DNA of 64,000 bases. Origin: Anthoceros angustus. Lineage: Eukaryota > Plantae > Anthocerotophyta. Of the stretch, positions 61,886-64,000 are shown piece after piece. The stretch lies in assembly GCA_010909165.1 (NCBI GenBank), contig MU008162.1, positions 310,001 to 374,000 of the forward strand, written 5' to 3'. The stretch's first letter is position 1. The number at the start of each line of letters is the position of its first letter. The translations under genes and the position numbers were made by a program. The notes beneath the pieces were generated by a model. It had not been told where the DNA came from and searched no databases. It saw only the letters and a program-made list of their open reading frames with translations.

Positions 61886-62307
61886 CTCCGAGATTCTTCA
61901 GTCATTGAATTTTCTCTTCAAATTTTGTATTGTATCCTATCAGTATTCATACAGCAAGACCAAACACAATCCATAATTTTGAAGCATCTCATACTTGCAA
62001 AGCGCAATGAGACATAGTTAATGACCTTATAAGGTAGATGTTCTCAAGGTGAGGAGACAGGTAACATCCTTTGTGGGAAACCTTGTTAGTTAGTCTTGTT
62101 AGTTAATAAATTACTCATTAAGTAGGTAATGTCAATCCAAAGTTACTTTGAAGAAAAATAGATATAAAATATTTTATTATAATTTTAATAATATAAGTAA
62201 CTCATAGCTAAATCCAGGTTTCATGGGTGCAAGTAGGCTAATTATGTTCTTGCTACCCATGGCTAAATCCTGGTTCCATAAGTGTGAGTAGGCTAACTAT
62301 GTTCTGG

Positions 62308-62922
62308 CTACTTGGTGGCCTCTGAAGGCGAGACAAGTGCACCTAATGTTGTTAGAATTTTATGAGCAAATTCAGTTGATTGTGGAGGCACGAAAAATTG
62401 TTCTTGTGCAGATGCTAGGGTGTTCTGTGTGTTGTGCTTCATTTTTCTACGTTTCTCAAAACGTTGCACTGATATGGGGTGAAGCCAAAAAAGGCGATTC
62501 CGTTCTAAACTCTTCTCGAAATCAGATTCTTTTCTCCTTCGTTTGATGGGGCGACGGTTCCGAGATGGGACATGATCCCAATCAGCACGCTTCCTCTTCA
62601 AAGAGATCTACAGGGACCCATCCATAAGCAAATATAACATCATTATGTTGTAAAATAGATTAATATACTTACGTTGTGTGAGAATTTCATGAAAGAGGAT
62701 ACAAACCAAAAAAGATCCTATTTTTACCGTTAGAGCATGTTCCAAGTTGTGAGAAGACGTTTGCATTATCTCTTTTGTAACGTCCCCATTTGTTAACTTG
62801 CTACAAAGAGTCTCAACATGTTTTTTGATATCATCTTGATGGTGAAGGTCATTCGTACAACTAGCCCGATTGCTAAAGAATTTCCAGATGTCACACAAAA
62901 AGCCTATGTTGGAAAAAATCAT
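62308..62922 (-). CDS. Orphan two-exon basic protein, copy 2 (exons 62922-62728, 62607-62308; 164 aa)
   Basis: Exons of 195 and 300 nt join in frame through a GT-AG intron. Homologous to 17058-17724, with KRKR/KRRRK/KRRK NLS-like clusters. Confidence 0.6.
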
Positions 62923-63058
62923 GTTGAATTGTCCTCTAACTTTCCTTGATACTACAGTGATGAATGGTAATTGATCTGCTCCCGACCACAATAAGTCCTT
63001 ATCAAATTAAGGAGTAGGTTATGGATGATCTATAAGTTGGACTGATCCCTCAAACTTA

Positions 63059-63213
63059 TTTTTATTCCTTGGATAAGTTAATCCCACCACATATATAGAC
63101 ATCTCCGGAGCATGTGGAGAAAAACATAACTCGAGATTTTTATTCCTTGGATAAGTTAATCCCACCACATATATAGACATCTCCGGAGCATGTGGAGAAA
63201 AACATAACTCGAG
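63059..63213. repeat. 78-bp perfect tandem duplication upstream of orphan gene copy 2
   Basis: TTTTTATTCCTTGGATAAG...CATAACTCGAG occurs twice. Confidence 0.95.
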
Positions 63214-64000
63214 GACCAAGGACAAATGGCTATCTAACGAGCACACAAACACACCAGAACACCAAAGCCCGCGGAATCAAAGACACCAAAGCCCGAGGAC
63301 CAAGGACAAATGGAAACTCGGTAAAGCGACCAGACGCTGAGATTTTATGAACGTTTGGCATGTAGTGTGCCAATTCCGCAATGGACCTGTTCGGACAGAA
63401 TTGGACCTGTCCAGTTGGAATTGGGCCTCGAGTGAGCCGGCATTTTCCCCACGCTCTGGCATCCGGCTGTTTCACTCACAAGTGGGAGTAGAGATCTGAT
63501 CTAGATAACTATGAGAGGTCAGGCTGTCAGCCCATAGCTCCGCCTTTCGTGCTGCTGTGACGAGTTCGACGACCCTTGAAAAACTAGAGAAACGTTTCGG
63601 ACCTCCACTTTCACGCGTTTCGTGTTCCAAATCCGGAATGTGGCGTGCCGGAATCGACCTCCCCCGAACTGGCCTGGTACAACTTGACCATCACCCATCT
63701 TGCACCGGGGATGTTTTGTTCAAGTGGTTGGTAGATCTCAAATCTCTGAGGGGCCATGATGTCAGCCCATAGCTTCGTTCTCCATCGATCGTCCCATCCC
63801 TTCCCTGCTCATCCTGCCGTGGGTAGCTCCATGCCACGACCCATGGATAAGGCTCAGCGCTCCACCAGCCCGCGTACGGGCATGTCAGCTCCCTCACACC
63901 CCTTGTACTCCAGAGTATATATCATGCCCCGCTCAATGTGTCTGCGCTAGACTCCCACTTACAGTCCTCTCCTCATCCCAAGTCTCGACAAGTTCAACCC

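Noticed and set aside
63480-63960. 10-bp inverted pair AAGTGGGAGT / ACTCCCACTT (possible MITE)
   Set aside because: Too short, no TSD, and the motif also resembles a Copia PPT.

Overview
Eukaryotic land-plant DNA. Short (~100 nt) spliceosomal introns and a PLS-type PPR remnant suggest a non-seed plant such as a hornwort or lycophyte (inference). The first ~18 kb is gene-dense: an atypical extended SDR/epimerase (2864-4430), two paralogous secreted alpha-carbonic anhydrases (4687-6068, 12904-14302), ORC3 (minus, 6141-10386) with an AT-hook-like KRGRPRK insertion and an E2F promoter site, a CRE-type non-LTR remnant, and an orphan two-exon gene whose paralogue lies at 62.3-62.9 kb. From ~18.7 to 59.5 kb is a transposon nest. 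Three co-oriented Ty1/Copia elements (C inside the RT of B, B inside the RT of A) sit in a PPR pseudogene, followed by a CRE-type RT fragment and an Athila/Tat-like Ty3/Gypsy element with ~4.3-kb LTRs that appear to contain a coding region. The most notable signal is that the Copia elements share an unusual architecture: an extra sense ORF between PBS and gag (homologous motif in B and C, weaker in A), and an antisense ORF between RNase H and the 3' LTR (homologous in A and B, intron-containing in C). Elements A and B also have non-canonical LTR ends, and A has an aberrant integration junction (retained tRNA-primer copy, 43-bp target duplication). Many TE frameshifts cluster at CAG/CTG sites and look like methylation-linked long-read errors rather than true decay.
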